64,000 nucleotides of DNA from a virus. Of this stretch, positions 48,071 to 57,142 are shown piece after piece (the stretch's first letter is position 1; every line of letters begins with the position of its first letter). Under the pieces are notes generated by a model. The model saw nothing but the letters and a program-made list of their open reading frames with translations. It was not told where the DNA came from and ran no database searches. The position numbers were made by a program, and so were the translations under genes. The stretch lies in IMG/VR virus record IMGVR_UViG_3300033182_000538, positions 1 to 64,000 of that record, one strand, 5' to 3'.

Positions 48071-48639
48071 TTTAAAAACGCCATTATATCGTAGTAGAAT
48101 TCCTCACAATGATATCCGTTAGACATTAAGTAATTTCGGATTTCATCTTTTCTACCACTATGTTTATGTTCTATTTTAATAATCTTTGGTTGAATTTCTT
48201 TGAGGTCGATTTGTTTGAGGACTTCCCAATCGTGACCTTCAGTATCAATCTTTAGATAATCGATGTGGTTGATATCACACATATCAATAAGAGTTTCCCA
48301 AGTAATTGTTGGAACTTCAATTTTGTATGTGTGAACGGGCTTACCCTCATCATCCAAGAGCTCACCACCAGCTACACTACCATTATGGATGTCACGATAA
48401 AATGATGACATACCTTTGTAGTCGTTACTAATCTCGTGATATTCATCGGGACAAATCCACAAGTCTCGGTGACCATTCTTTGTATCAATCGCTGCGTTTA
48501 CATAATCAATACTTGGATGTTGCTCCAATCTATCTAAATATCTTTTTACAGGTTCTACAATAACTCCTCTCCAACCATCGTAATACAAATGATTCAGAGT
48601 CCCAAAATCACAAGAACCTATTTCTACAAATGTCTTCAA
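48067..48639 (-). CDS. FkbM-family methyltransferase
   Basis: FVEIGS, GWRGVIVEP, IDYLKIDTEGHDWEVL. Confidence 0.88.
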   Translation of the reverse strand: MKTFVEIGSCDFGTLNHLYYDGWRGVIVEPVKRYLDRLEQHPSIDYVNAAIDTKNGHRDLWICPDEYHEISNDYKGMSSFYRDIHNGSVAGGELLDDEGKPVHTYKIEVPTITWETLIDMCDINHIDYLKIDTEGHDWEVLKQIDLKEIQPKIIKIEHKHSGRKDEIRNYLMSNGYHCEEFYYDIMAFLK

Positions 48640-48797
48640 TATCTATCGTGTTACTTAAAAAATTTTTCGTGTGTCAAAAGGGAACTGGCGTTCCCCCCCT
48701 TTTCCCCTTAATGCCTTAATTCCTTGATATAGGACTTTAACCAATTCGCCTGTTGGGTTGTGGGACAATTTTAACTTTATGTCTCTATGTAAAGCTT

Positions 48798-49001
48798 TCA
48801 TTTGTTTATCCAACTCTTTATAAAGTTAAACCAAAATACAAAAGTAAATATGGGCCAGAGAAAAATCATTATGATTCTAAGGGGTGTTGTAAATTGGATT
48901 TTGTTTTCCATACCCCCTTCGATTCGTTTGTCCACGAAATCCAATACCCACTCGATAATGAATATGTTTATCGTTCCGTACATAAGATATAACCAAATCA
49001 T
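48798..49001 (-). CDS. Small membrane protein
   Basis: Two hydrophobic segments, LWP motif. Confidence 0.6.
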   Translation of the reverse strand: MIWLYLMYGTINIFIIEWVLDFVDKRIEGGMENKIQFTTPLRIIMIFLWPIFTFVFWFNFIKSWINK

Positions 49002-49447
49002 TTAACAATCTTTTTATATTCGGATTCTGACATCATAACTATCTCCTCGTATTCCCATTCGTTGAAGGGTAACTCAAGATGAACTTTATTTGCGTAATAG
49101 TCTAATATAAGGTCTTCTATACTATGTGACTTTAATAAGTCTGATATAGTAGGTTCTCCTACATCTATGTTAAATACTTCTAATTGTTCTGAAGTAATGT
49201 TGAATACCTCTGAATGTATAATAGAGTCACCGGAGTTGTAGAAGGTGATGATTCCTTGGAATGAATCTTTGATGTCACCAAATTTTTCATCACCACCACC
49301 TCGTTTTAGAATCTCTTGTTCATAGATTTGTTCTTGCCAATCCACAAATTCTTTGGATGATAAGAACTTATCCCACTCTTTACATTCCTCATCGGACATA
49401 ATAAAGAGTTCGGTATTGTCTCTATCTAACATTGATTTGTAATTCAT
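48998..49447 (-). CDS. Acidic hypothetical protein
   Basis: ORF. Confidence 0.6.
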   Translation of the reverse strand: MNYKSMLDRDNTELFIMSDEECKEWDKFLSSKEFVDWQEQIYEQEILKRGGGDEKFGDIKDSFQGIITFYNSGDSIIHSEVFNITSEQLEVFNIDVGEPTISDLLKSHSIEDLILDYYANKVHLELPFNEWEYEEIVMMSESEYKKIVK

Positions 49448-49621
49448 ATTAGTCGATGTATTGTTCAGTTACTATCTTGAAAGCTTTCTCATATGCTTCT
49501 ACTTTCCCCATACGAGGATTAGAACCCATAATTTTTCTTGCTTCATTCAGAACCTCAATCCGTAAACCAAACGAATGAGACTCCATTAAGATTTCTTCAA
49601 TTTGTTCTTCTTGTGTCATAG

Positions 49622-50008
49622 TTATTCCTTGTCTTTGTTTCTTAGACTAAACCAGTTAGATATAGATATTGTAGTTAATGTAATTAACATCATCCCAATA
49701 AGATATCCCAATCCAACATAATCACCAAGCGATTCGTGTTGTGATGTTATATATATTGAAAATCCACCAACAGCGAACAACCAAACAAATGGCCAGATAA
49801 AGAATGGTATTTTGTTTACCACCTTGCTTACTTGAACAACCCTACCATCGTGTACTACTCTTGATAGAGCATCTTGTAAGTCTTTCCCATAAGCTGGGAT
49901 TGTTTCTTGTGTACCATCTTCATTAAGAAGAGTTACTTCGTACTTCATCCAATTAGGAAAAGTTTCTGAGTCTTTACGATACGTTACGTTAATTACTTTC
50001 TTTTTCAT
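49622..50008 (-). CDS. Membrane protein (PAYGKDLQDALSR motif)
   Basis: ORF with two C-terminal TMs. Confidence 0.7.
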   Translation of the reverse strand: MKKKVINVTYRKDSETFPNWMKYEVTLLNEDGTQETIPAYGKDLQDALSRVVHDGRVVQVSKVVNKIPFFIWPFVWLFAVGGFSIYITSQHESLGDYVGLGYLIGMMLITLTTISISNWFSLRNKDKE

Positions 50009-50013
50009 ATCAC

Positions 50014-50901
50014 TTAATTGTTTAATGTCGCTTTTAATGTTGGGTGATGATTATAATCAGTTAGTTCATAATCAAATTCACCACCTAAAATATCTACATT
50101 GGATACCTTCAATTCAGGAAGTTCATATCCAACTCTATTGATTTGCTCTTTAGCTACTTCAATATGATTGTTATATATATGACAATCTCCAAGATTACCA
50201 ATCAGTTGACCTGGCTTATATCCAGTTTCTTCACATAGTAGTAAAAGTAATGTGCCATATGATGCGATATTAAATGGTAGACCAAGGAATACATCCACAC
50301 TTCTTTGATTCCACATCAACGATAATTCATCACCATCAACATAACATTGAAACGAATAGTGACACGGAGGTAGAGTCATTCGTGGTAGGTCTTCTACATT
50401 CCAAGCAGAAACTAAATGTCTCCTTGAATCAGGATTAGTTTTCAATCCAATAATCAAATCATTAATCTGGTCGATGTATCCCTTGTTACCCCAACTTCTC
50501 CATTGTTTTCCGTAAATGGGCCCAAGGTGTCCGTGATGATACCACATCGGGTCGTTTTGTACTTTATCAATAAATTCTTTTTTAGATAGAGGTACATCAA
50601 TACCTTTTGACTTTTCTTTGTCAAAGTATGCTTTGTATGCATCACCATCCCATATGTGACAATTGTTATCCAACAAGTATTGGATAGAAGAGTCACCCTT
50701 TAGAAACCACTTGAGTTCAGTCATCATAGTTTTGACTGCCATCTTCTTTGTGGTTAATAGAGGAAACCCATCACACATACAATGTCTAAACTGATATCCG
50801 AAGATTGATTTAGTTCCTACGCCAGTTCTATCAGTTTTATCAGAACCAAGCTCAAGGATGTTTTGTATTAGTGTTGCATATTGTGAATCTACTCTATTCA
50901 T
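50014..50901 (-). CDS. thyA: Thymidylate synthase
   Basis: DRTGVGT, FPLLTTKK, ELKWFL, LGPIYGKQWR, LPPCH, QRSVDVFLGLPFNIASY, DCHIY. Confidence 0.97.
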   Translation of the reverse strand: MNRVDSQYATLIQNILELGSDKTDRTGVGTKSIFGYQFRHCMCDGFPLLTTKKMAVKTMMTELKWFLKGDSSIQYLLDNNCHIWDGDAYKAYFDKEKSKGIDVPLSKKEFIDKVQNDPMWYHHGHLGPIYGKQWRSWGNKGYIDQINDLIIGLKTNPDSRRHLVSAWNVEDLPRMTLPPCHYSFQCYVDGDELSLMWNQRSVDVFLGLPFNIASYGTLLLLLCEETGYKPGQLIGNLGDCHIYNNHIEVAKEQINRVGYELPELKVSNVDILGGEFDYELTDYNHHPTLKATLNN

Positions 50902-51337
50902 TTATTGTCCTTTGTCATTTTATAATATAGATGTATCTCCCATAGTATAAGAATAGTACCAACGATTACCCATTCAAGAATTTGTAGTGTTTTCATTTCT
51001 CTTTAGTGTTAAAAATTATAGAGTAAGGTGTGAGGACTTTCTTTATTCCAAAAAATGGGTGGTTCTCCTCAAGCATTTGCAACTGCTCTTTACATATCAT
51101 ACCAACAAGTTTTGCCTTACTCATTTCTCTTTTGTTTTTGAAATAATATTACCATCATCATCAACCTCTGGTGCTATATGAATCTCATAAGCAATCCACA
51201 GCCATAAAACAAGTAATATGCCTACAACTATTTTTACCATCTTTAAAATTTACCCCAACCAGTTTTACCACTAAGATACAACTCAGTTGATAGTTTAAGA
51301 CCTAACCAACAATCCTTAAAAAACTTTTTTATCTTTT

Positions 51338-51571
51338 TCATTCTACTGCGTATAAGTCTACGTTATTCTCATTCATAATACGATTGAATTCTTCTCTTAC
51401 CTCTTCAAGTGCATCATATTTCTCTTGACTCATTTCATCAGGAGCATATTTGATTTGTGCTCGTAAGTATTGGCTCATCTGCCAACAAACGCATTTCCAA
51501 TCACTGCCTTGAAGTGCAGCGTTGAATTCGGGTCGGTCTTCAGGTAGATTGAATTCTAAGATTGCTTTCAT
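51338..51571 (-). CDS. Conserved phage hypothetical (MKAILEFNLPED)
   Basis: ORF. Confidence 0.7.
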   Translation of the reverse strand: MKAILEFNLPEDRPEFNAALQGSDWKCVCWQMSQYLRAQIKYAPDEMSQEKYDALEEVREEFNRIMNENNVDLYAVE

Positions 51572-51731
51572 TTCTCTTTGGTGTTTTCATTTCTCTCTCT
51601 TGTTTCTATTATTTCCTTAACTACTTTCATCACATCGTAAGATTCACTCTTAGTTAAAAAATATCCACTTTTAGAATGGAATGTATTACGAATCATCTCA
51701 TAGATTTCACAACCACCATCTTTTAACTTAC

Positions 51732-52130
51732 TCATTTCTCTATAACTATTTCGTACCCATTTTTGTTAGGGATAAATCCATTTACCTTACCTTCCATTTC
51801 AAAGAAAGACATATCAGCACCCTTACTGATATACGGGCCACCACTTGGGTCTACCATTGTAATGGTATTCCAATCAGAGTATACCAACTCACGATATGCT
51901 TCAGCAATCTTTGACCATTTACGAGTTTCCACATCGTAGTGGTGAACTTCCTTAATGAACTCTTTCATAGATAGTGTACCACCATCTTTCTTGTATTCAT
52001 TGTATGCATCATCATACACATTAGCAACTCCAAAGCGACAATTTTTAAAATTACCACTCCATTGGATGTTACCTTTCTCATTGTATTCAAACGTGAATAC
52101 ATCATTGTATCGGTTGATAAACTGTTTCAT
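51732..52130 (-). CDS. Hypothetical protein (NRY...MVDPSGGPYI)
   Basis: ORF after a sigma-A promoter. Confidence 0.7.
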   Translation of the reverse strand: MKQFINRYNDVFTFEYNEKGNIQWSGNFKNCRFGVANVYDDAYNEYKKDGGTLSMKEFIKEVHHYDVETRKWSKIAEAYRELVYSDWNTITMVDPSGGPYISKGADMSFFEMEGKVNGFIPNKNGYEIVIEK

Positions 52131-52338
52131 TTCTCTTTTATATTATATTACAATATACAAAAAATAATTTACATTTCCAAATTTGAATATTGTTTAAATC
52201 CAATAACTTTCACAGGCCCTGCCACCTTGAGTCTCCTCTTGTCAATAGCCAGTTTAGTTAGGTCTAACAATTCAACATCGGTTTCGTTGTCCAACCACTC
52301 GGTGAACAACTTTGTCAGTAGTTTTCTTTTTAACTTAT

Positions 52339-52830
52339 TCATATAACTTGTTTTGCGTATTTCTTGATTTCAGAACTTGAAAGTGAAGCCCCCAACCTTG
52401 GGTCTTTTTGTGCTTTCTTGTTGTGGAACGCCTTCTTGAGTTTAGGTACAAGACACGTTAACACATCATCACACGACATCTTCCAACACTCGACAATACC
52501 TGTACTATCAAATCTAGCGATGTAGTGATTCTTATACTTACCTATCTTTTCGTTGTGGAGGTAATTCAATTGTTCTTCCCAAGTGTTGTGAACTGATATA
52601 CCATTATACGTTCCACTAATTCTTTTACCAATCGTGGATTTGTATTCACACTCACCATCTTCATCAATACCATCAGCTCCACTTAGTGTGTCAGAAACTT
52701 TGTGACCAAGTTCAACGGCCATCAAAATCTCTCTACTCCTTGCGTATGAGAATGGGTCACCCCATCCACCTTCTGAACAGGCCTCCATCATAAGACCCCA
52801 TCCTTGTTTAAATTTCTCTGCTGTTGTCAT
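52339..52830 (-). CDS. PD-(D/E)XK nuclease-like protein (PvuII-like pattern)
   Basis: GADGIDEDGECEYKST, similar to G-x-D...E-x-K-S; YIARF. Confidence 0.5.
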   Translation of the reverse strand: MTTAEKFKQGWGLMMEACSEGGWGDPFSYARSREILMAVELGHKVSDTLSGADGIDEDGECEYKSTIGKRISGTYNGISVHNTWEEQLNYLHNEKIGKYKNHYIARFDSTGIVECWKMSCDDVLTCLVPKLKKAFHNKKAQKDPRLGASLSSSEIKKYAKQVI

Positions 52831-52833
52831 ATA

Positions 52834-53220
52834 TTAAATAAACAATTTATAATCCGATTCAGCCTTTATAGCTGCAACCTCATATGGGTGGTCGTTGTAA
52901 TTGTAACCCATATTGTAATATCTCTTGAACCAACTCGGACTTTGTAAGTAGTGTTGGTATTCGTGAATCAAGGTTTCGATAATCATCTTTCTACTTTTCA
53001 TCTGAGGCCAGTAGATAGTGATTTCGTTCATCATCCAACAATACTCACCGTCACAAGAATCCTCCTCACCTTGAGCACCTTCCTCACCAGAATACTTTTC
53101 GTAAATGTTCTTGTGTAACTCAATATAAGGAGTACACTCTTGAAACTTTGAGAATCCGTAGTGTTCTTCTATCTTCGGAAGAACCTCGTTAACTATCTCT
53201 TGAACTTTTGATTTTGTCAT
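52834..53220 (-). CDS. HExxH zincin-like protein
   Basis: TLIHEYQHYLQ...HPYEVAA. Confidence 0.75.
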   Translation of the reverse strand: MTKSKVQEIVNEVLPKIEEHYGFSKFQECTPYIELHKNIYEKYSGEEGAQGEEDSCDGEYCWMMNEITIYWPQMKSRKMIIETLIHEYQHYLQSPSWFKRYYNMGYNYNDHPYEVAAIKAESDYKLFI

Positions 53221-53237
53221 ATCTCTTAATCTTACAG

Positions 53238-53297
53238 TACTAAAGTACGAATAATTTTTGATACTTCCAAATTTTTAATGTTAAGAAATTGTTAAAT
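53238..53297 (-). promoter_or_regulatory. ~60-bp early promoter repeat, copy 3
   Basis: One mismatch to copies 1/2; shares the catatctcttaatcttaca leader with copy 2. Confidence 0.85.
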
Positions 53298-53451
53298 TTT
53301 TAGGACACATAGATAATACTACTACCTGAAAGAACTCATTGTAGTTATCTTTTAAGTTGTAACACTTTTCTTGTGCTTCTTCTAACTCGGTGTAGATGTG
53401 ACTGTTAACTAACTTATAATCCTTATCTACTATTTGATATACACTTTCCAT
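53281..53451 (-). CDS. 56-aa hypothetical protein ending in the promoter repeat (...NLTIS*)
   Basis: Manual translation MESVYQIVDKDY... Confidence 0.55.
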   Translation of the reverse strand: MESVYQIVDKDYKLVNSHIYTELEEAQEKCYNLKDNYNEFFQVVVLSMCPKNLTIS

Positions 53452-53458
53452 ATTAATT

Positions 53459-53767
53459 TTACTTTAAGTATGAGGGGCCGTAGAAACCCCATTGGTCAGT
53501 ACCTTTAAAGATATTACCTCTACTATGTTTAGCGGGAGCGTTCCAACCGGCAGCCATTAATAAATCTCCCATAGAAATAGGACAACCTTTAAGAACTCCA
53601 TCTTTCATAGAGACAAATCCCCATACTGAAGTTCCATCGATAATCTTAACATACTTCTGCCCCTTCTTAAAAGTTAGGGGTTGATACTCGGTGTGTGTGA
53701 AATTACTATCCCAATACACTTTTCTTTTTTGGTTGACTTCATCCAACCACTTTTCAAATTGTGTCAT
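53459..53767 (-). CDS. Conserved early phage protein (GDLLMAAGWNAPAKHSRGNIF)
   Basis: ORF; recurrent phage motif. Confidence 0.75.
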   Translation of the reverse strand: MTQFEKWLDEVNQKRKVYWDSNFTHTEYQPLTFKKGQKYVKIIDGTSVWGFVSMKDGVLKGCPISMGDLLMAAGWNAPAKHSRGNIFKGTDQWGFYGPSYLK

Positions 53768-53768
53768 A

Positions 53769-53924
53769 TTAATATACTATAAAATCAATTAATTCTTCTC
53801 CGATACCCACTCCATTCTTAGTGACCTCATAATTAGGGTCAGCGCCTGACTGAAGAACATAGTCAGTAAGTTCATCAATAGAATTGAAACTTTCGTTGAA
53901 GTGGGGATTATTTAGTGAATACAT
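53769..53924 (-). CDS. 51-aa acidic hypothetical protein
   Basis: Manual translation MYSLNNPHFNESFNSIDELTDYV...; first gene after the promoter at 53950-54010. Confidence 0.6.
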   Translation of the reverse strand: MYSLNNPHFNESFNSIDELTDYVLQSGADPNYEVTKNGVGIGEELIDFIVY

Positions 53925-54032
53925 ATCTTTTGTTTTTCTCATCATTACATAGTAAATGTAGTGATAATATTTTTAATAAACAAATTTTTAATGTTAAATT
54001 TATGTTAAATTTATCAACAAGTTATTAACACT

Positions 54033-54800
54033 TTAATCTTTGATTTCTCGTGAAGAACGGCTGTTTGATGTACTTGAACCCCTATTGATGTTACCTCTAT
54101 TGGGCACGGATGGGGGTGATACCCTATTTGAACGACTGTTGATGGTATTAGAGTTATTGTTGTTATTTATTGGATTTCCTCTAACTCCCCTATTTATTTC
54201 ATTTGAATTAAAATCAGGTCGTGAAATAAAATCAGTATCTCTTGGATTCACTCGTGTGTTATTGAAATTTATGTTACGATTTGGATTTGGGTATCTTCTG
54301 ATTTTTCGTTTCTCAGAGATGTTATCTTCTATATTACTATTAACATCAAACAATCGAGAACCTCTCCTACCATTGACCCTAACTATGTCTATGTCGCTAT
54401 TAAGAGGCGAAAATGTAACCCATTGATAATGAGATGGATAGAAATTTAACCAAGGTCTATACCAACTATTATGATACCACCAAGGTCGATGATACCACCA
54501 ATTATAGTTCCAAGACCAATCGCTCCACATCCAATTTGGAGAAAAATATAAATCAAATCTATTGTAAGGTCTCCAATACCAAGACATTGGCTGAGATAGT
54601 ACATAGGTTTCATAGTCCCATCTAAATCTAAAATCGTTTTTAAACTTCCATCTCAGTTCTGATAATGTGGTGATGGTCTCTACTTTTTCGTGAGTACGAT
54701 ATATAGAATCTATGTGACCTGTATGATTTAAAGTACTATACTGCCATTGTACACCACAACTTGTGAGGATAAAAAACACTATAAATAAAATATACCTCAT
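54033..54800 (-). CDS. Bacteroidota-type lipoprotein, Trp/Tyr-rich core and Arg/Asn-rich disordered tail
   Basis: Signal peptide ending ILTSC. Confidence 0.7.
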   Translation of the reverse strand: MRYILFIVFFILTSCGVQWQYSTLNHTGHIDSIYRTHEKVETITTLSELRWKFKNDFRFRWDYETYVLSQPMSWYWRPYNRFDLYFSPNWMWSDWSWNYNWWYHRPWWYHNSWYRPWLNFYPSHYQWVTFSPLNSDIDIVRVNGRRGSRLFDVNSNIEDNISEKRKIRRYPNPNRNINFNNTRVNPRDTDFISRPDFNSNEINRGVRGNPINNNNNSNTINSRSNRVSPPSVPNRGNINRGSSTSNSRSSREIKD

Positions 54801-54818
54801 ATACTAATATATATTATT

Positions 54819-55214
54819 ATGAAGAGAATAACACTAATACTACTCCTTTTACTCTATATACCTACACAAGGACAAACAAACTCTTATAATCCTACTATAC
54901 TATTACAAGAAGAAGATAAACAATTACACTTTGGAGCTGGTATGTTATCAGCAAGTATAGGATATCATCTATCATATAAGAAACATAAGAATAAGAAGAG
55001 GGCTCTTATCACAGGCATTTGTACAGCCTTCGCCACAGGGGTAGCAAAGGAACTCTTCGATGGAGGTATACAAAATGAATATGTAGACCCAAGAGATATA
55101 TGGGCAACTACATTAGGGGGTATGGGTATATCAGTAACCATTCCCATTCTCCAACCAAAAAAAATTCGATATAGAAAATTAGATAAATGGAATGGTGGTT
55201 ACGATTATAACTAA
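54819..55214 (+). CDS. YfiM-like membrane protein (the only convincing plus-strand gene)
   Basis: Signal peptide, DKQLHF.AG, AKELFD, D..DIWATTLG; fills the gap between minus-strand genes. Confidence 0.75.
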   Translation: MKRITLILLLLLYIPTQGQTNSYNPTILLQEEDKQLHFGAGMLSASIGYHLSYKKHKNKKRALITGICTAFATGVAKELFDGGIQNEYVDPRDIWATTLGGMGISVTIPILQPKKIRYRKLDKWNGGYDYN

Positions 55215-55477
55215 AAAGGTAGATTATCTACTTGTACTCTATACCAAGTATCGTACAACCGCTTAAACACATCCCTATATAGAGAGGGTAACTTATCATC
55301 CATCATAAAGGTCATAGGTGGAACAATATTGTCGTGATTACAATGTATGTACACTCGTGTCAAGGTACTATTAGAAGTTACCTCAACAGGTACTCCCTTG
55401 TAGTGTCCAAGGTAAGTATTATCCTTAGATGTAGATTGTGTCATCCTAATTAAGGCTTTCCATTCTTGTGTAGTCAT
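55211..55477 (-). CDS. Hypothetical protein
   Basis: ORF. Confidence 0.6.
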   Translation of the reverse strand: MTTQEWKALIRMTQSTSKDNTYLGHYKGVPVEVTSNSTLTRVYIHCNHDNIVPPMTFMMDDKLPSLYRDVFKRLYDTWYRVQVDNLPF

Positions 55478-55514
55478 AAAAAAAGTGAAATAAAAACAAA
55501 TTAGCTAAATACTA

Positions 55515-55754
55515 CTATATAGACATATACTCATTGTACATATAACGAAGATAAGTTAAATCTGTATTAGAAGGAGGAACATCCTTCTTTAAGGTTACTA
55601 TATGAGTAGGGTACTCTAACTCATAGTGGGAAGATACTTTACTTAACCTAACCTTCCCTATACTCAAAGATACATCTAAACTCCCATTAAGCCCTACCAT
55701 TCTTCGTAAAGCTTCCCATTGTTTGTCAGTCCAATACAAATATTCTTTCTTCAT
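55515..55754 (-). CDS. Hypothetical protein
   Basis: ORF after a sigma-A promoter. Confidence 0.6.
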   Translation of the reverse strand: MKKEYLYWTDKQWEALRRMVGLNGSLDVSLSIGKVRLSKVSSHYELEYPTHIVTLKKDVPPSNTDLTYLRYMYNEYMSI

Positions 55755-56014
55755 AGAATTACAATATACAAAATTCCTTACACATAACCAAATGTAGCTA
55801 AATAAATTTCAGCGCCATCGTGATTTCACGAGCGTGGAGGGGAGTTTCCCTAAGAGAGAAAAACCGGGCTCCGCATATAAATCGACCACAGCCCACCGTA
55901 ACTTATTGATAACCAGTGGATTACACTAAAATGCCCCACCCCCCCTGCGCGAGTATCTTTCATCGCCTATAACGGCTTATGGGGGGTTTCGGGCGGTTTA
56001 GTCTCTTCCCCTAC

Positions 56015-56212
56015 CTAATAGGTGGGATGCCCTAAGGCATTGGGGGTGTAGGGGGTTTGGGATTCCTTCACAACTTGTCTGGCGGTGAAGTACGCCAGTT
56101 TTTTAATGGCAAACTCGGCCTGTTCCAACTGACCCTCGTTGATGAACTTGTTCACCTTGTACTGCCAGTACTGAATCTTAGGGAGATACCCCTGTGGATA
56201 CTTCTTACTCAT
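56015..56212 (-). CDS. Hypothetical protein
   Basis: ORF. Confidence 0.65.
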   Translation of the reverse strand: MSKKYPQGYLPKIQYWQYKVNKFINEGQLEQAEFAIKKLAYFTARQVVKESQTPYTPNALGHPTY

Positions 56213-56239
56213 ATACTATATAATTTAGCTATTTAATTT

Positions 56240-56833
56240 TTATTTCACTTCAATTCCTAATCCCTCCAAGATAACCTTGGCTCTTTCTGGGTTCTTCTTA
56301 GTACTACTATCAGTATAGTACTTAACCACTTCAGAGAACTCACGACCCTCACTAATCACCTCATAGAGGATAGCTTCCACCGTACCGAACTTAGCTCGGT
56401 TGTTTACATTCACATACTTAACACCGGCTTGAATCTCGTTTCCGTTGTCAGACACCGCTCCGGATGACTCATAGCTCTCGTAGATGTCGAACATTCCGTT
56501 GAACTTACCATACTCCCATTGGTGGGCGAATCGGTTAATATTGTCGTAAATGTCTTGAGCGATGGGGTTACCCAATTTGTCGTGGACATAAACATCAAGA
56601 GAGTTACCACCACTAAAGGAGGATGAACTCACCTTACATACTACATTAGGATAATTCTTCTTAACAAATTGTTTCACCAAAGACCCAGCATCAGCGTGAC
56701 TGATGTAGATATACTTACCTTGTTTACCACTCCAAGAGGAGTAGTTACGAACACACTTGTCAGACAACTCGTAGATTTCACCACCGAGGGCGATTTGGAT
56801 TTTTTTGTTCTTCATAACTTTCATATTTCTCAT
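56240..56833 (-). CDS. LPD29-like (large polyvalent protein-associated domain) protein
   Basis: VSSSSFSGGNSLDV...GKFNGMFDIYE; start moved downstream of the promoter repeat. Confidence 0.6.
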   Translation of the reverse strand: MRNMKVMKNKKIQIALGGEIYELSDKCVRNYSSWSGKQGKYIYISHADAGSLVKQFVKKNYPNVVCKVSSSSFSGGNSLDVYVHDKLGNPIAQDIYDNINRFAHQWEYGKFNGMFDIYESYESSGAVSDNGNEIQAGVKYVNVNNRAKFGTVEAILYEVISEGREFSEVVKYYTDSSTKKNPERAKVILEGLGIEVK

Positions 56834-56841
56834 TCTTACAC

Positions 56842-56901
56842 TACTAAAGTACGAATAATTTTCCACATATACAAGCCTTTAATGTTAAATAATTGTTAAA
56901 T
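56842..56901 (-). promoter_or_regulatory. Diverged copy of the early promoter repeat
   Basis: tactaaagtacgaataatttt...aatgttaaataattgttaaa. Confidence 0.8.
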
Positions 56902-57133
56902 ATCACCATCGTACAGCCCAACGGTGGTGGGGGTTCGCACGGCTTTTTGTGCTCCATAAGCTCTTTTTTTTATATAAACAGCACTCCCACGATACTAATA
57001 TACGACAATATATGCAACCAGCCAAAAAAAGTATGTTAAATTTATGTTAAATTTTTGTTAAATTTTAGCTCTCAGGCCTGTTACAAATGTGACATCGTGT
57101 CAGGTTTTGTGTTACAATTGTAACCAAAAAAAG

Positions 57134-57142
57134 TTATCCACA
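57134..57142 (+). promoter_or_regulatory. Perfect DnaA box in a long non-coding region
   Basis: TTATCCACA; inverted degenerate box TGTTAATAA at 57149-57157. Confidence 0.45.

Noticed and set aside
40378-53297. Repeats as a CRISPR array or IS ends
   Set aside because: Spaced by kilobases of genes, direct orientation, promoter motifs present; no cas or transposase gene
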